Source of the DNA: Candidatus Latescibacterota bacterium | GTDB taxonomy: Bacteria > Latescibacterota > UBA2968 > UBA8231 | Assembly (NCBI GenBank): GCA_965203355.1 | Contig: OZ241889.1 | Span: 1,152,001-1,216,000 of the forward strand | DNA length: 64,000 bases | Direction of reading: 5' to 3' | In this document: piece by piece, positions 19,491-29,632 of the stretch | How the letters are laid out: each line of letters opens with the position of its first letter | How positions within the stretch are numbered: the first letter of the stretch is position 1 | Made by a program: the position numbers and the translations under genes | Notes under the pieces: generated by a model | The model's database searches: none | Told to the model about the DNA's origin: nothing | What the model saw: only the letters and a program-made list of their open reading frames with translations

Positions 19491-20156
19491 GTGGGCGGTC
19501 GGTCTGCGCTGGTCGTCGGCAATGGCGAGCCACCTTCCCGAGCATTATTCGCTGCCTGCGCGCAAGAAGCCGAGCTGATCTTGTGCGCCGATGGCGGAGC
19601 CAATACCGCCTCGGCGTACGGATACGCGCCCGATTACGTCGTCGGCGACCTCGACTCGGTTAGCCGCCAAAGCAAGGCTGCCCTCGCCGCCGACCGCTTC
19701 ATCCTCGTTGACCCCGAGGGCCATGTAGGCACAGATGGCCAAAAAGTCCTCAACCACGCCGTCGCCTTGGGCGTTACTGAAGCCGTGCTCGTCGGTTTTA
19801 CGGGGCGGCGCACCGATCACTTGTTGGGCAACTTGAGCCTGCTCAAGACATTTGCCGACCGCCTCGCCCTGCGCCTAGTGGACTCCTACTGCGACATCCG
19901 CCTCATTGACCGCCGCATTCGCTTCCGCGCCGTTATGGGTCAGAAAATTTCCCTATGCCCACTTAACGGGGCGGTGGAAGGTATTGAGACGTTTGGCTTA
20001 AAATGGCCCTTGCGGTCTGAGAGCCTCATTCCGGGTGTGCGCGACGGCATCTCCAATGAAGTGGTAGCCAACCCCGTCGAAATTCGCGTCGAGCGCGGCG
20101 ATCTGCTGTTGTGTGTGCAGCGGGAGGGAAGTGCTGGCGAGATTGTGGTGGAGTGA
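19491..20156 (+). CDS. thiN: Thiamine pyrophosphokinase
   Basis: CADGGA, VVGDLDSV, TD, GRRTDH, GLKWPL, GISNE. Confidence 0.92.
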   Translation: MGGRSALVVGNGEPPSRALFAACAQEAELILCADGGANTASAYGYAPDYVVGDLDSVSRQSKAALAADRFILVDPEGHVGTDGQKVLNHAVALGVTEAVLVGFTGRRTDHLLGNLSLLKTFADRLALRLVDSYCDIRLIDRRIRFRAVMGQKISLCPLNGAVEGIETFGLKWPLRSESLIPGVRDGISNEVVANPVEIRVERGDLLLCVQREGSAGEIVVE

Positions 20157-20190
20157 GTAGGTTGTCTTTTGCATCGAAAGGAGAACCACC

Positions 20191-21267
20191 ATGAAGAAGC
20201 ATACAGTAGCGATCATCGGCCTCGGACGCATGGGCAGTACCATTGACGACGAAGGGCACGGAGACTTGCCCTATTCGGTTGCGGCCGCGACGAGGGCGAG
20301 CGAGCGGCTGGAACTCGTGGCTGGGGCCGATCTCTTGGCGGATAAGCGCGATGCCTTTCAAAGCCGTTGGGGAACAGCCGTGTACGAGGATTTCCGCGAC
20401 ATGATCCGCCGCGAAAAGCCAGACATTGCGGCCATCTGCACGGCGGCCTGTTTGCCCAAGCCCGCCCGAGAAGCTCCAGACGCGAATTTTCGCGGCGACT
20501 CGCACGCCGACTTAGCGGTAGCGGTGGCCGACATGGGTGTGCCGATGATCTATCTCGAAAAGGCCATGGCGAGCTCAATGGAGCGTGCCGACGAAATCCG
20601 CGATGCGGTAAAGCGCAACAACGCGCTCTTTAACACGGGCGTCCTGCGCCGCTTTGACAATCGCTACGAGGTGGTCAAGGACGCGGTCGCCGCCGGTCAA
20701 GTCGGCGCGGTGCGGGCCGTGATTCACTACGCGAGTTCCAGCCTGATGCACGGGCACATCCATTCGATCGACACGGTGTCCTATCTCATCGGCGACCCGG
20801 CGATTAAAGCTGTGCGCGGCGAGCTTTTGCCCGGCGGCTTGCAAGTCGAGGGCAATCACATTCCGTCCGATCCCTTGGCGACCTATCAACTGCGCTTTGC
20901 CAACGGCATTGAGGCGTGGTCCATTCCAGCGGCCCCGTGGGAATTTGAGGTCATCGGCTCGGAGGGCGCGATTCGCTCGTGCAACAATGGAGCCAGCGTT
21001 TTGCTGCGCCAGCCCGGCCCGGTGCAAGGGCGGAACGCCTTGTGGGAGGAGGTACCGATCGAGCCGGTGACGCCGCGCAGCACGACCCAGTGCTGCCTGG
21101 AGGATTTGGTCGCAGCGCGCGAATCCGGCCAACGCACGCGCGGCCACATCGACGTGACGCACCACATAACAGAAGCCACCATCGCCGTTGCCGAGAGCCA
21201 TCGTCGGGGCGGTGCTTGGGTGGAGTTGCCGCTGCCGGCGCGCGACTTGTACATTTTTCACGTCTAG
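20191..21267 (+). CDS. Gfo/Idh/MocA oxidoreductase
   Basis: IIGLGRMG, YLEKA, HGHIH. Confidence 0.88.
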   Translation: MKKHTVAIIGLGRMGSTIDDEGHGDLPYSVAAATRASERLELVAGADLLADKRDAFQSRWGTAVYEDFRDMIRREKPDIAAICTAACLPKPAREAPDANFRGDSHADLAVAVADMGVPMIYLEKAMASSMERADEIRDAVKRNNALFNTGVLRRFDNRYEVVKDAVAAGQVGAVRAVIHYASSSLMHGHIHSIDTVSYLIGDPAIKAVRGELLPGGLQVEGNHIPSDPLATYQLRFANGIEAWSIPAAPWEFEVIGSEGAIRSCNNGASVLLRQPGPVQGRNALWEEVPIEPVTPRSTTQCCLEDLVAARESGQRTRGHIDVTHHITEATIAVAESHRRGGAWVELPLPARDLYIFHV

Positions 21268-21282
21268 CGACAAAACACCTAC

Positions 21283-21306
21283 GGGTACCCACGAGGGGTG
21301 CCCTAC
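21283..21306 (-). repeat. GTAG-type REP-like palindrome
   Basis: Minus strand GTAG-GGCACCC-CTCGT-GGGTACCC hairpin. Confidence 0.55.
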
Positions 21307-21329
21307 CACTTACAACTAAAAGGATACAC

Positions 21330-22106
21330 GTGTTAAAGGCAGGCATATTTCTCGATATGGAGAATCTCAACCGCTGCGGCGGCCACACCATCCAGTTTCG
21401 CCAGATCAAGGCCCTGGTGGAGGCGCAGCAGGCGGTGGTGGTGCGGGCCAATGCCTACATGGCCGTTGACCGCGCACGCGAAAGCGCAGACGCAGAGTAC
21501 CGCCAAAAGAGGGAAACGTATCGCAATCGAGCACGGCGGGAGGGCTATCACCTAATTCTCAAAGAAGTGCGGCGCTATCTGACTTCGGAAGGCGAGACCA
21601 TCGTCAAGGCCGACGCGGATTTAGAGATGGCGATCGATGCGCTGTTGCAGTCGGAGAATTTGGATTACGCGCTGTTGGGCACGGGCGATGGCGATTTTGT
21701 GCGCTTGGTGCGCGCCTTGCAAAACCGGGGCAAGCGGGTTGATCTGCTGTCTTTTATGAACACCAGTACCGCGCTGCGCCAAGAGGTAGATTACCATTTT
21801 TACGGGTACTTGGTGCCCGGCATTCTGTTCCCGCCAACCGAGCGTCTGCGCGGCATTCTCCACGCGGTCAACGAAGAGAAGGGCTACGGGTTCTTGACCG
21901 CGCAGACCGACTTGGGGCTAGACACCGTACGCGAGGACATTTTTCTGCACATTACCGACCTGCGTACGGCCAGAGGCAGGCCGGTGTCTAACGCGGAATT
22001 TGCCCAGTTCAGGACGAGCGGCGCGATCATCGAGTTTGAGGTGGAAGACGATGGCGAACGGCAAAAGGCCGTCAACGCCGTGGAGTTTCTGCCGGAACTG
22101 CTGTGA
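21330..22106 (+). CDS. NYN (LabA/DUF88) domain protein with C-terminal cold-shock-like domain
   Basis: IFLDMEN, KADADLEMAID, TGDGDF; then KGYGFL...DIFLHITD; GTG start with AAGGA. Confidence 0.88.
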   Translation: MLKAGIFLDMENLNRCGGHTIQFRQIKALVEAQQAVVVRANAYMAVDRARESADAEYRQKRETYRNRARREGYHLILKEVRRYLTSEGETIVKADADLEMAIDALLQSENLDYALLGTGDGDFVRLVRALQNRGKRVDLLSFMNTSTALRQEVDYHFYGYLVPGILFPPTERLRGILHAVNEEKGYGFLTAQTDLGLDTVREDIFLHITDLRTARGRPVSNAEFAQFRTSGAIIEFEVEDDGERQKAVNAVEFLPELL

Positions 22107-22112
22107 GGTGCG

Positions 22113-22520
22113 TTATTCGCAGTACACTCGGACCTTGTCGGCCCCGTCTTGGACGTGGACCTCGATCTCGCTTAGGGCATCAATGAGCTGCTCTAGATCC
22201 TCGGGGCGCAAATTGTCAATATCAACGTTAATGCCGTTGTCCTGTAGAGCCGTGTTGATTCCCGTCGTGGCTTGTGCCGGGAGCAGGGTGTGCAGCTTGA
22301 CTCCGGCCTTGATCAGCGCTAGTGGCACCCGGACATCGACGTGCTCATTCCCGTCTCCGGCGACGGTAACTCTCAGATAGCGACGGGCCGATTCCGCGTG
22401 TGAAGGTGCTAGCGGCGCCGCTGGCTCCTCGTCGACGAGGGAGAGCAGGCGCTCGGCCTCATCGACCGAGACCTTGCCTTCGGCTAGCATCTCTAGTACG
22501 CGTCTGCTGTTTTCGTTCAT
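22113..22520 (-). CDS. SHOCT-like/YvlB-like small protein
   Basis: RRVLEMLAEGKVSVDEAERLL; VDVRVPL. Confidence 0.75.
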   Translation of the reverse strand: MNENSRRVLEMLAEGKVSVDEAERLLSLVDEEPAAPLAPSHAESARRYLRVTVAGDGNEHVDVRVPLALIKAGVKLHTLLPAQATTGINTALQDNGINVDIDNLRPEDLEQLIDALSEIEVHVQDGADKVRVYCE

Positions 22521-22530
22521 GGCGGTCCTC

Positions 22531-23454
22531 CTATTGAATTGTGATGGAGCCGTTTGCGGTTTTGGCGATCAATTCGGCTTCGCCTGCGCCCACTGTTCCC
22601 TTGAGCTTGTGGCGCTTCTCGACCGACGCGACGAAGCCCGGCACTTCGCAGCGGACGCGCCCATTGACCGTTGCAGCTTTTAGCTTGAGGCTCGGGTCGG
22701 TGCCCATAGCTACTTTGATGTTGCCGTTCGTGGTGGATAGTCTATTGATTTTTTTAGGCTCGATACGGCCCTGAAATTTTATCGACCCATTGGTCGTCTG
22801 CACATCAAAGTGGCCGTATGCGTCCTCAATGGATACGCGGCCGTTCGAAGAAGAAAGCTCTGCCGAGCCAGCGAGCGTCTTGACCGTGATCGGGGCGTTC
22901 TTGGTGGCTGCGTTCAGGTCGCCCTTGAAATTTTCAACCCGTATAGGCCCGTTCTTGGTCTGCATCGCCCCACGGCCTTCGGTTCCTTGGAGTTCTACCG
23001 GTCCGTTGCTAGTCGCCAAGTCAACGCTAGTCGCGACGGGTACCGTCACTTCTATGTTTGCGCCGACGTGCTGGCGGGAGAATCCAGGCGGGAATCCCTC
23101 GGGCTGGTGCTCCGGCTTGACTTCGACCGCGATGAGGTCGCCTTCCTGTGTGGCGTTGTACTTGATCTCGTGCGGTTTTTTTAGCCTCGCCCGCACGTGA
23201 ATTGATCCGGGTTCGCCCGCCTGGACCCGGATGGGACCATTAAAGCCGCGCACCACGAGGCGCGGATGGTCGCCCACGGCGAACGTGTCGTCGCGCCTGG
23301 CGGTTTTGTCGTTTTTGTCGCGGGCCCCGGACCGGGATTCTTCGAGTCCTGCGAGGGGGCCTTGCAGCACCTCCAAAAGACGCTCGGCCTCTGCTACCGT
23401 TACCTTCCCGGCCGAAAGCATGTCGAGAATTCTGCGTCGCTCTTCAGTCATCAC
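22531..23454 (-). CDS. DUF4097 beta-repeat protein with SHOCT-like N-terminus
   Basis: EERRRILDMLSAGKVTVAEAERLL; repeated TxNG motifs. Confidence 0.85.
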   Translation of the reverse strand: MMTEERRRILDMLSAGKVTVAEAERLLEVLQGPLAGLEESRSGARDKNDKTARRDDTFAVGDHPRLVVRGFNGPIRVQAGEPGSIHVRARLKKPHEIKYNATQEGDLIAVEVKPEHQPEGFPPGFSRQHVGANIEVTVPVATSVDLATSNGPVELQGTEGRGAMQTKNGPIRVENFKGDLNAATKNAPITVKTLAGSAELSSSNGRVSIEDAYGHFDVQTTNGSIKFQGRIEPKKINRLSTTNGNIKVAMGTDPSLKLKAATVNGRVRCEVPGFVASVEKRHKLKGTVGAGEAELIAKTANGSITIQ

Positions 23455-23460
23455 AGCCTC

Positions 23461-23736
23461 CTAATCGATTGAAATGAATACGCGATCCTCGCCGGCCGCG
23501 ACGTTGCAGCGCAGGCCGCGCAGCGAGGCAAGCACGTATAGAAGCAGGGGGCCGGCCAGCAGGACGGAACGGCTTCGAGCGCGGTGCCCCGAGCGCGCCG
23601 CTATCAGTATGGCAACAGGCGTCCCCAGCAGCACCGCGACAAAAATGACCGGCCATAGCACTATGAGCGGGATCCACAGCCGAATGCGCCGCTTGTCGTC
23701 TTGAACCCGCAATCGCAGGAGCATCGGGGGCCGCAT
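23461..23736 (-). CDS. Small membrane protein
   Basis: IRLWIPL plus hydrophobic helices; TGATG-coupled within the operon. Confidence 0.7.
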   Translation of the reverse strand: MRPPMLLRLRVQDDKRRIRLWIPLIVLWPVIFVAVLLGTPVAILIAARSGHRARSRSVLLAGPLLLYVLASLRGLRCNVAAGEDRVFISID

Positions 23737-24119
23737 CAGGAGAGCCTCCGCAGCGCTTCCTCGACGTCGATTTCGCCGCGTTCCAAGCTGTCGAGTACTG
23801 CGGCCGATTGGGGATTTGAGCGCGGGGTGCTAGCGGCTCCCTTTTGCACGGTCTCGACCAACGGTAGCTGCTCGGCAATGGCATCCAGTCGGTTTTTGAC
23901 CGTTGGATAGCTGATGCCAAAGATGCGCTCCATTTCCTTGATCGAGCCGTGGACTTGGACGAAGGCCATTACGAATACTTGGTCCTCGGCGGCAAGACGC
24001 GCGAGAACGGGCGGCTCGAATTGCCCTTCGATCGCGAGGGTGCTGTCCGGCAGAGAAACCCGCTCGACCACGATACGCGCCCCTTTCGTCAGATTGGTTA
24101 GCTCTTTCCAGTCTTTGAT
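23736..24119 (-). CDS. DUF2089-family HTH regulator
   Basis: GSIKEMERIFGISYPTVKNRLD; probable start is ATC at 24119 behind GGAGG (alternative GTG at 24071). Confidence 0.85.
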   Translation of the reverse strand: MKDWKELTNLTKGARIVVERVSLPDSTLAIEGQFEPPVLARLAAEDQVFVMAFVQVHGSIKEMERIFGISYPTVKNRLDAIAEQLPLVETVQKGAASTPRSNPQSAAVLDSLERGEIDVEEALRRLS

Positions 24120-24134
24120 GGCTAAACCTCCAAA

Positions 24135-24219
24135 TAATTAAATTTAGATGTAATTATAGCTATATAAATTGAAAAAGTCAATCGTAAAATTGAAAAATTT
24201 AATTTTGAATTAAATAAAA
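24135..24219. promoter_or_regulatory. AT-rich promoter/operator region of the DUF2089 operon
   Basis: Very AT-rich; repeated aaattgaaaaa; minus-strand TTGACT-17 bp-TATAAT. Confidence 0.6.
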
Positions 24220-24238
24220 CTCAGCGGAGATTTGGACG

Positions 24239-25348
24239 CTATTCTTCCACGGCGGCCGACACCGCGTTGGATATCCGCCGCAACAAGCTCCCGTTGGCGA
24301 CCATTTGGTTGGTCAGCACCACGCAGCTTAGCTGGTGTGCTGCGTCCGCCCACGCCACAGTGCCAGTCGCCCCGGTGTGGCCGAAGGTGCGCGGCGATAC
24401 CAGATCGCCCCAAAAGGCCCACACCCGCGCCCCACACACGCCCCAGCCAAGGCCCCACGGCGCGTTGAGTGTGCCGTTCTGATCGCTCGTCATCGCGGCG
24501 ACCGCGGCGCGGCTGAAGATGCGCTGGTCTCCGTACGCGCCGCCGTTGAGCATGGTTTGCAAGAGGATCGCCAGATCGCGTCCGGTACTGTGCATGCCGC
24601 CCCACGGCGCCCCAAAATCGCGCCAGTACGGGGAATTCCACCCCCAACTTCGCAATTCTTCGTCTTCTTCGGGGTCCGTCCCGCACCACACGGTATCCCC
24701 AATGGCCCAATCGCCCATGCCCAATGCGCTGCGCTCCATGCCCAGCGGCGCGAAAATTTCCTCGCGTTCAAAGTCGCGTAGCCGCTGGCCGCTGACGCGC
24801 TCGACAATCGCGGCTGCCAGCAGGATGCCCTTGCTCTGGTAGCGGAAATCGGTCGCTGGTTTGTAGAGCAGAGGCGTCTTGAGCGACCGCTCGACAAAGG
24901 CTTCTACCGGCTCGTGCGCCCGCCGCAGATTGGTGTTTTCGGGGAGCATGTCGGGCATGCCCGATATGTGCGACAGCAGGTGGCGGACCTTGATGGCGGG
25001 CCGGTCGCCGCCGGTGAACTCAGGCAGGTATTCGACGGCTGGGTCTTCGAGCGAGATCAGCCCGCGATCCACGAGGATCATCAGCGCACAAGCGGTGATC
25101 GGCTTGGTGATCGACGCGAGGAGAAAGATCGAATCGGCATCGACCGGCGGGCCGCTGCCGGGTTTTCGTTGGCCAACTCCACGGGCAAAGACCTCTTTGC
25201 CGCGTCGTGCCACGGTCAGCGAGGCCGCGCTGATTTGGCCCGCTTCAACCGCCGCCGCGAGCAGGCCGAAGGCTCTTTCGAGCTGGGTGGCCGACAGGCC
25301 GACAGCCGCTGGATCGCCCATTTGCAAAACCGTTCCGTCCGTTGTCAT
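24239..25348 (-). CDS. Serine hydrolase, beta-lactamase class C-like
   Basis: ASITK (SxxK), LLSHISG, FRYQS, FGHTGATG. Confidence 0.9.
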   Translation of the reverse strand: MTTDGTVLQMGDPAAVGLSATQLERAFGLLAAAVEAGQISAASLTVARRGKEVFARGVGQRKPGSGPPVDADSIFLLASITKPITACALMILVDRGLISLEDPAVEYLPEFTGGDRPAIKVRHLLSHISGMPDMLPENTNLRRAHEPVEAFVERSLKTPLLYKPATDFRYQSKGILLAAAIVERVSGQRLRDFEREEIFAPLGMERSALGMGDWAIGDTVWCGTDPEEDEELRSWGWNSPYWRDFGAPWGGMHSTGRDLAILLQTMLNGGAYGDQRIFSRAAVAAMTSDQNGTLNAPWGLGWGVCGARVWAFWGDLVSPRTFGHTGATGTVAWADAAHQLSCVVLTNQMVANGSLLRRISNAVSAAVEE

Positions 25349-25362
25349 CGCGTTTCCTTTCT

Positions 25363-26070
25363 TTAGTCAACTAACTCGACCACTTCCCTTAACTCCGACA
25401 CCACTCGTACGCCGTCTGCCAGCCAGCCAGCCGCGTCGAGCGACCGGCTAATCAACACCGGCCGCAGCCCCGCCGCCTTTGCTCCCGCTACGTCGTCTTG
25501 GGGTGAATCGCCGACGAAGAGCACTTCGTCCGCTTCCAACCCGGTCTGGGCCAAGGCCGGGGCAAAGATCGCCGGGTCGGGCTTGTTGACGCCGACATCG
25601 CCGGAGATGATCACGGCGTCGAAAAAGGGCCGCAACGCCAGATCGTCTAGCAACCGATGGACGTGCGGCGGATGATCGAAGTTGGAGATCAACGCCAGCT
25701 TGCAGCGGCCTTGTAACTCGCCGAGTACGCTTTTGGCCTTTGGGTCGAGCCGTGTATGGGCGTGCCACGCTGCGATGCTTGCCGCGCTGATCCGGCGCAA
25801 CTCCTCCAACGCCAACGCCAAACCCAACTCCCGGACTAACGCGCGGAGGCGACGCTCGTACACGGTCAGTCCGTCGTGCTGTGCCGGCGGCTCGGGTTGG
25901 CGCAGGAATTCCTCGCATAGCCGGATCAATGTTGCTTCGTCAAACGCATGGTTGCCAGCCAGCAACGCGCGGCGGATGGCGCGGTGCCAGCTTTCTCCTG
26001 CGGCCTCCATGTCGCCGTAGCACAGCAAGGTGCCGTATAGGTCGAAGAATACGCCTCGTATTTCAGTCAT
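25363..26070 (-). CDS. HAD-family hydrolase
   Basis: FDLYGTL, ISN, KPDP, VGDSPQDD. Confidence 0.9.
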   Translation of the reverse strand: MTEIRGVFFDLYGTLLCYGDMEAAGESWHRAIRRALLAGNHAFDEATLIRLCEEFLRQPEPPAQHDGLTVYERRLRALVRELGLALALEELRRISAASIAAWHAHTRLDPKAKSVLGELQGRCKLALISNFDHPPHVHRLLDDLALRPFFDAVIISGDVGVNKPDPAIFAPALAQTGLEADEVLFVGDSPQDDVAGAKAAGLRPVLISRSLDAAGWLADGVRVVSELREVVELVD

Positions 26071-26098
26071 GTTAATTCGGCTTAGGCCCGCCGCTCAA

Positions 26099-26734
26099 TC
26101 ACAACCTTTTACCCACCCACAGGGCACCTCGGCGCACCACTTCTTGGAAGGAGGGATTTTCCAGCACCGCGTTGTCGTGGCCCAAGGCAAAGAAGAATAC
26201 CCGGCCCTGACCATAGGTATGGTGATAGGCCATGACGTGGGTTTCGTCGCGGCCGGGGTCGTAGGCGTGCATGAGGGGATGCGAGCGGCTGGGATCGCGT
26301 TTGAGATAGTGCAACTCGTCGGTCACGGCAAAGTCTTTGAGGCCCGCCGCAATGGGGTGGTCGGCGTCGGAGATGGCAACGGTAAAATCCATGTACGGGC
26401 TGTGGCCGTCAAAAAAGCCGTTGAGCATGTGGTGATAGCCGGCGTTGTCGCGGAAGGAGGCGTCTGCGGTGTGCAGGCCGAAGAAGCCGCCGCCGCGTTC
26501 GATAAAGTGCAAAAGCCCCTGTTCCTGCGCTTGGGTGAAGTGGCCGACATCCGTGAAGAAGAGGGTGGCGTCGTACGCGGCGAGGCCGTTGACCATCACT
26601 TCGTAGTCGCGCGCGAAATCGGCCTCGATCTGGTCATTTTGGTTGAGCAGGTCGGTCAGAAATCGGCCCTGGCCTGCGTGGTCGTGGTAGATGCCTTCGG
26701 TGCCGACGAATACCAAAAGTTTAAGGGGAGCCAT
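26099..26734 (-). CDS. ThuA-like domain protein
   Basis: YHDH, GGGFFGLHTA, TDELH, YGQGRVFFFALGH. Confidence 0.85.
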   Translation of the reverse strand: MAPLKLLVFVGTEGIYHDHAGQGRFLTDLLNQNDQIEADFARDYEVMVNGLAAYDATLFFTDVGHFTQAQEQGLLHFIERGGGFFGLHTADASFRDNAGYHHMLNGFFDGHSPYMDFTVAISDADHPIAAGLKDFAVTDELHYLKRDPSRSHPLMHAYDPGRDETHVMAYHHTYGQGRVFFFALGHDNAVLENPSFQEVVRRGALWVGKRL

Positions 26735-26857
26735 GGCGGGATTCTCCTGTTGTCATTGGGTTTGTTGGGCATGGCGGCAGCGTCCACTCCTGATGATCGC
26801 GCTCGGTCCGGGCCGAACTGCATCAAGATAAATAAGGAGCCTCGCACCGCAGTCAAG

Positions 26858-27661
26858 CTAGCTTCCCGTAGAGCGGTAGTGCCGCACGCCCACTTGCCAG
26901 ACGCGCAGACAGATCGCGAAAAAAAGCAAGCCTACGATGGGGGCCAGCCATTGGAATAACGCCCCTGAACCCAAAGGATCGGGACGCTCCAAAATCCCCA
27001 GTGCTGGGTAGTAGCTGACGCAGGCGAGGGGGATGACGTAGGTGAAAAAGCGGCGGAACCACTCGCGGTAGATAGCCAATGGATACTGGGCTGTCTCCAC
27101 GCCGCCGTAGGTTACGGCATTGACGATTTCCAAGGTCTCGATAGTCCAAAAAGCCAGCGTTGCCTGCAAGACCAGGAGGCCGTAAAACAGGCAAGCACCC
27201 CCGAGGATGGTGAGCGCGGCGAGGAGCAGTTTGTCAGGGGTCCAAGCGAGGTCCAGGGCATGTGAGGCCCATAGCAGGACGACCAAGCCTTGGGTGAGGC
27301 GGCCGATGCGTTTGAGGGTGAGTTCTTGTCCGGCCAGTTGCAAGGCTGTGCTGCGGGGGCGCAGCAGCAGGCGGTCGAAGTCGCCGCTTTTGACCGTGGC
27401 GGCGAATAAGTCAAAGCCGCGCGAGAAGGCGTCGCACAGGGCGAAGGCGATATTGATTAGGCCGTAAAAGAAGGCTACTTCGGGCAGACTCCACGTATCG
27501 AGCGCGGCAAAGCGGTCGAAGAGCACCCAGATGCCCAAGAATTCCAAGCCGGTCATCGCGCCGTGGCCCAAAGACAGCATGATGAAAGAGGCCCGGTACT
27601 GCATTTGGCTGCGGAAGGAAATGCCGATATAGCGGCCGTACAGGCGCAGTCCATCGAGCAC
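26858..27661 (-). CDS. ABC-2 type permease (DUF990)
   Basis: QMQYRASF, GDFDRLLLRP, YPLAIY, YRSTGS end. Confidence 0.88.
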   Translation of the reverse strand: MLDGLRLYGRYIGISFRSQMQYRASFIMLSLGHGAMTGLEFLGIWVLFDRFAALDTWSLPEVAFFYGLINIAFALCDAFSRGFDLFAATVKSGDFDRLLLRPRSTALQLAGQELTLKRIGRLTQGLVVLLWASHALDLAWTPDKLLLAALTILGGACLFYGLLVLQATLAFWTIETLEIVNAVTYGGVETAQYPLAIYREWFRRFFTYVIPLACVSYYPALGILERPDPLGSGALFQWLAPIVGLLFFAICLRVWQVGVRHYRSTGS

Positions 27662-27665
27662 AGCT

Positions 27666-28460
27666 TCAGCCTCCTTGGACGACCAAGCGGCGGGTGCCTT
27701 GGTAGAGCAGGAAGCGGCCTAGTCCCACCAGCGCTAGCGTCCACGCGAGTTGATGCCCCACCACCGACCAGACTTGCGCCGCGGGAATGTGCCCCATGTA
27801 CAGGCGAAAAGGGGTGTCGGCTAAGCCGCGGAAAGGCAGGAAGTTGAGTATGGGTTGGAGCGCGTCGGGAAACAGCGGCAAGGGGACCACCATGCCCGAA
27901 AACACGTAGATGCACACCGCCAGTATTTGCGTGGAACCCTCTCCGGCGATGGTCCACAGCAAGGAGATGTTGACCAAGTTGGCCAAGGCGCCCCCGAGCA
28001 GGATAGCGCCCACCGTGGCCAAGGCCCAAGCCGCCGCGGCCGCCGGAGACGCGGGCGCTTGTAGGCCGAAGAAGAGGAAGGCTAGGCAAAACAACGGCAC
28101 CGAGCGCAGCAGGGTGGGGGCGATGCGATTGGCGAGGGCGCGGCTGTACCAGAAGCCATACAAATCGACGGGCCGCACTAATTCGTAGGCTACGGTGCCC
28201 GTGCGCACCAGGGTGCGCACGTCGTTGTCGGGTTGCCAAGGCAAGAGGGCGAACAGGGCCTGACCAAGCCAGACATAGTTGACCACCTCGGCGTAGGTCA
28301 TGGGGTGCGCTTGGGTCGCCGTGCGGTAGAACGCTTCGAAGATCATCACCCGAATGAGTCCCCAAAATAGCTGGGTGCTCATGCCGGCTAGGGCTGCCGC
28401 TCGGTACTGCAGCAACATGCGGATGCGCGCGCTGAGGACGGACAGGTAGGGCCGCATCAA
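27666..28460 (-). CDS. ABC-2 type permease
   Basis: [28 protein letters not shown] end. Confidence 0.88.
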   Translation of the reverse strand: MMRPYLSVLSARIRMLLQYRAAALAGMSTQLFWGLIRVMIFEAFYRTATQAHPMTYAEVVNYVWLGQALFALLPWQPDNDVRTLVRTGTVAYELVRPVDLYGFWYSRALANRIAPTLLRSVPLFCLAFLFFGLQAPASPAAAAAWALATVGAILLGGALANLVNISLLWTIAGEGSTQILAVCIYVFSGMVVPLPLFPDALQPILNFLPFRGLADTPFRLYMGHIPAAQVWSVVGHQLAWTLALVGLGRFLLYQGTRRLVVQGG

Positions 28461-29437
28461 GGGCGATCTCGGTAGAGCTGGGCGATGACTTCCTCAATGG
28501 GCGGGTTTTCCACAAAAAGGTCGCGCACCTCGTGGCGAGTGGTGATGCGGCTGATGAGGGCCGGGGCTGAAATGCGTTCGGGCGCAAAACTGAGATGTAC
28601 GCGGTGGCCATCGCGCTGCACGACGCGCGCGGCTTCGTCTTCGATAATCGCCTCGGCATCGACTAAATCGACGATGAGGCGGCGCTCGGACGAGACGCGG
28701 GTGCGCAGGTCCGCGAGGCTGCCGTCGGAGAGGATGGAGCCGTCGCCGATGACCAGGACCCGGTTGCACAGGGCTTCGATATCGTCCATGTCGTGGGTGG
28801 TCAGGATGACGGTGGCGCCTTCTCGGCGATTGAGTTCTTTGATAAAATCGCGCATCGCCAGTTTGGAGACCGCGTCGAGACCAATGGTCGGCTCGTCCAA
28901 AAAGAGCAGGCCCGGGCCGTGGAGCAGGGCCGCCACCAGATCGCAGCGCATGCGCTGGCCCAAGCTGAGCTGGCGCACGGGCACGTCGAGAAAGGAAGAG
29001 AGTTCCAACATGGCGATGAGGGCGTCGCGGCGACGGCGATAGGCCGCGTGGGGGACTTTGTATATGTCGCGCAGCAGATCAAAGGATTCAATGGCCGGCA
29101 GGTCCCACCACAACTGGGTGCGCTGGCCGAAGACCACGCCAATGCGGCTGACGTGGCCAATGCGGTCCGCCCAAGGGACGCGGCCTTGGACCTCGCAGCG
29201 GCCCGAATCCGGGACGACGATGCCGGAGAGAATTTTGACCGTAGTGGATTTGCCCGCTCCGTTTGGCCCGATGTAGCCGACGAGTTCGCCGGCTTCCAGC
29301 GAGAAAGAGATGCCGTCCAACGCCCTGATTGTGCGGTGCGAGCGCTGCACAATGCCCCGGAAGGCGCCCCAAAGACCGGGCCGGCGCTCGGCAATGCGAT
29401 AGGTTTTGACGAGATTTTCAACGACGATTTGGGGCAT
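28457..29437 (-). CDS. ABC transporter ATP-binding protein
   Basis: [30 protein letters not shown]. Confidence 0.93.
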   Translation of the reverse strand: MPQIVVENLVKTYRIAERRPGLWGAFRGIVQRSHRTIRALDGISFSLEAGELVGYIGPNGAGKSTTVKILSGIVVPDSGRCEVQGRVPWADRIGHVSRIGVVFGQRTQLWWDLPAIESFDLLRDIYKVPHAAYRRRRDALIAMLELSSFLDVPVRQLSLGQRMRCDLVAALLHGPGLLFLDEPTIGLDAVSKLAMRDFIKELNRREGATVILTTHDMDDIEALCNRVLVIGDGSILSDGSLADLRTRVSSERRLIVDLVDAEAIIEDEAARVVQRDGHRVHLSFAPERISAPALISRITTRHEVRDLFVENPPIEEVIAQLYRDRP

Positions 29438-29446
29438 AGACCCTAA
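29396..29446. repeat. 51-bp imperfect direct repeat, copy spanning the ABC ATPase start
   Basis: 43/51 identical to 33998-34048; 21-bp perfect core ttttcaacgacgatttggggc. Confidence 0.88.
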
Positions 29447-29632
29447 TAACGAATACTAGTTTAACGAGGGCCATTCCTAGGCGGGAGCCGGCGCGGATTT
29501 TTCTCAAACATAGGACCTTGCCAGCGCCCTTGGATACTCCCGATAATTAACCTATCGACAACACACCAACACCGGCAGAAGGCCAACGCCAGCCGCGGAG
29601 ACCACCTCTCTACACTCTCAGGAGACAAGACA

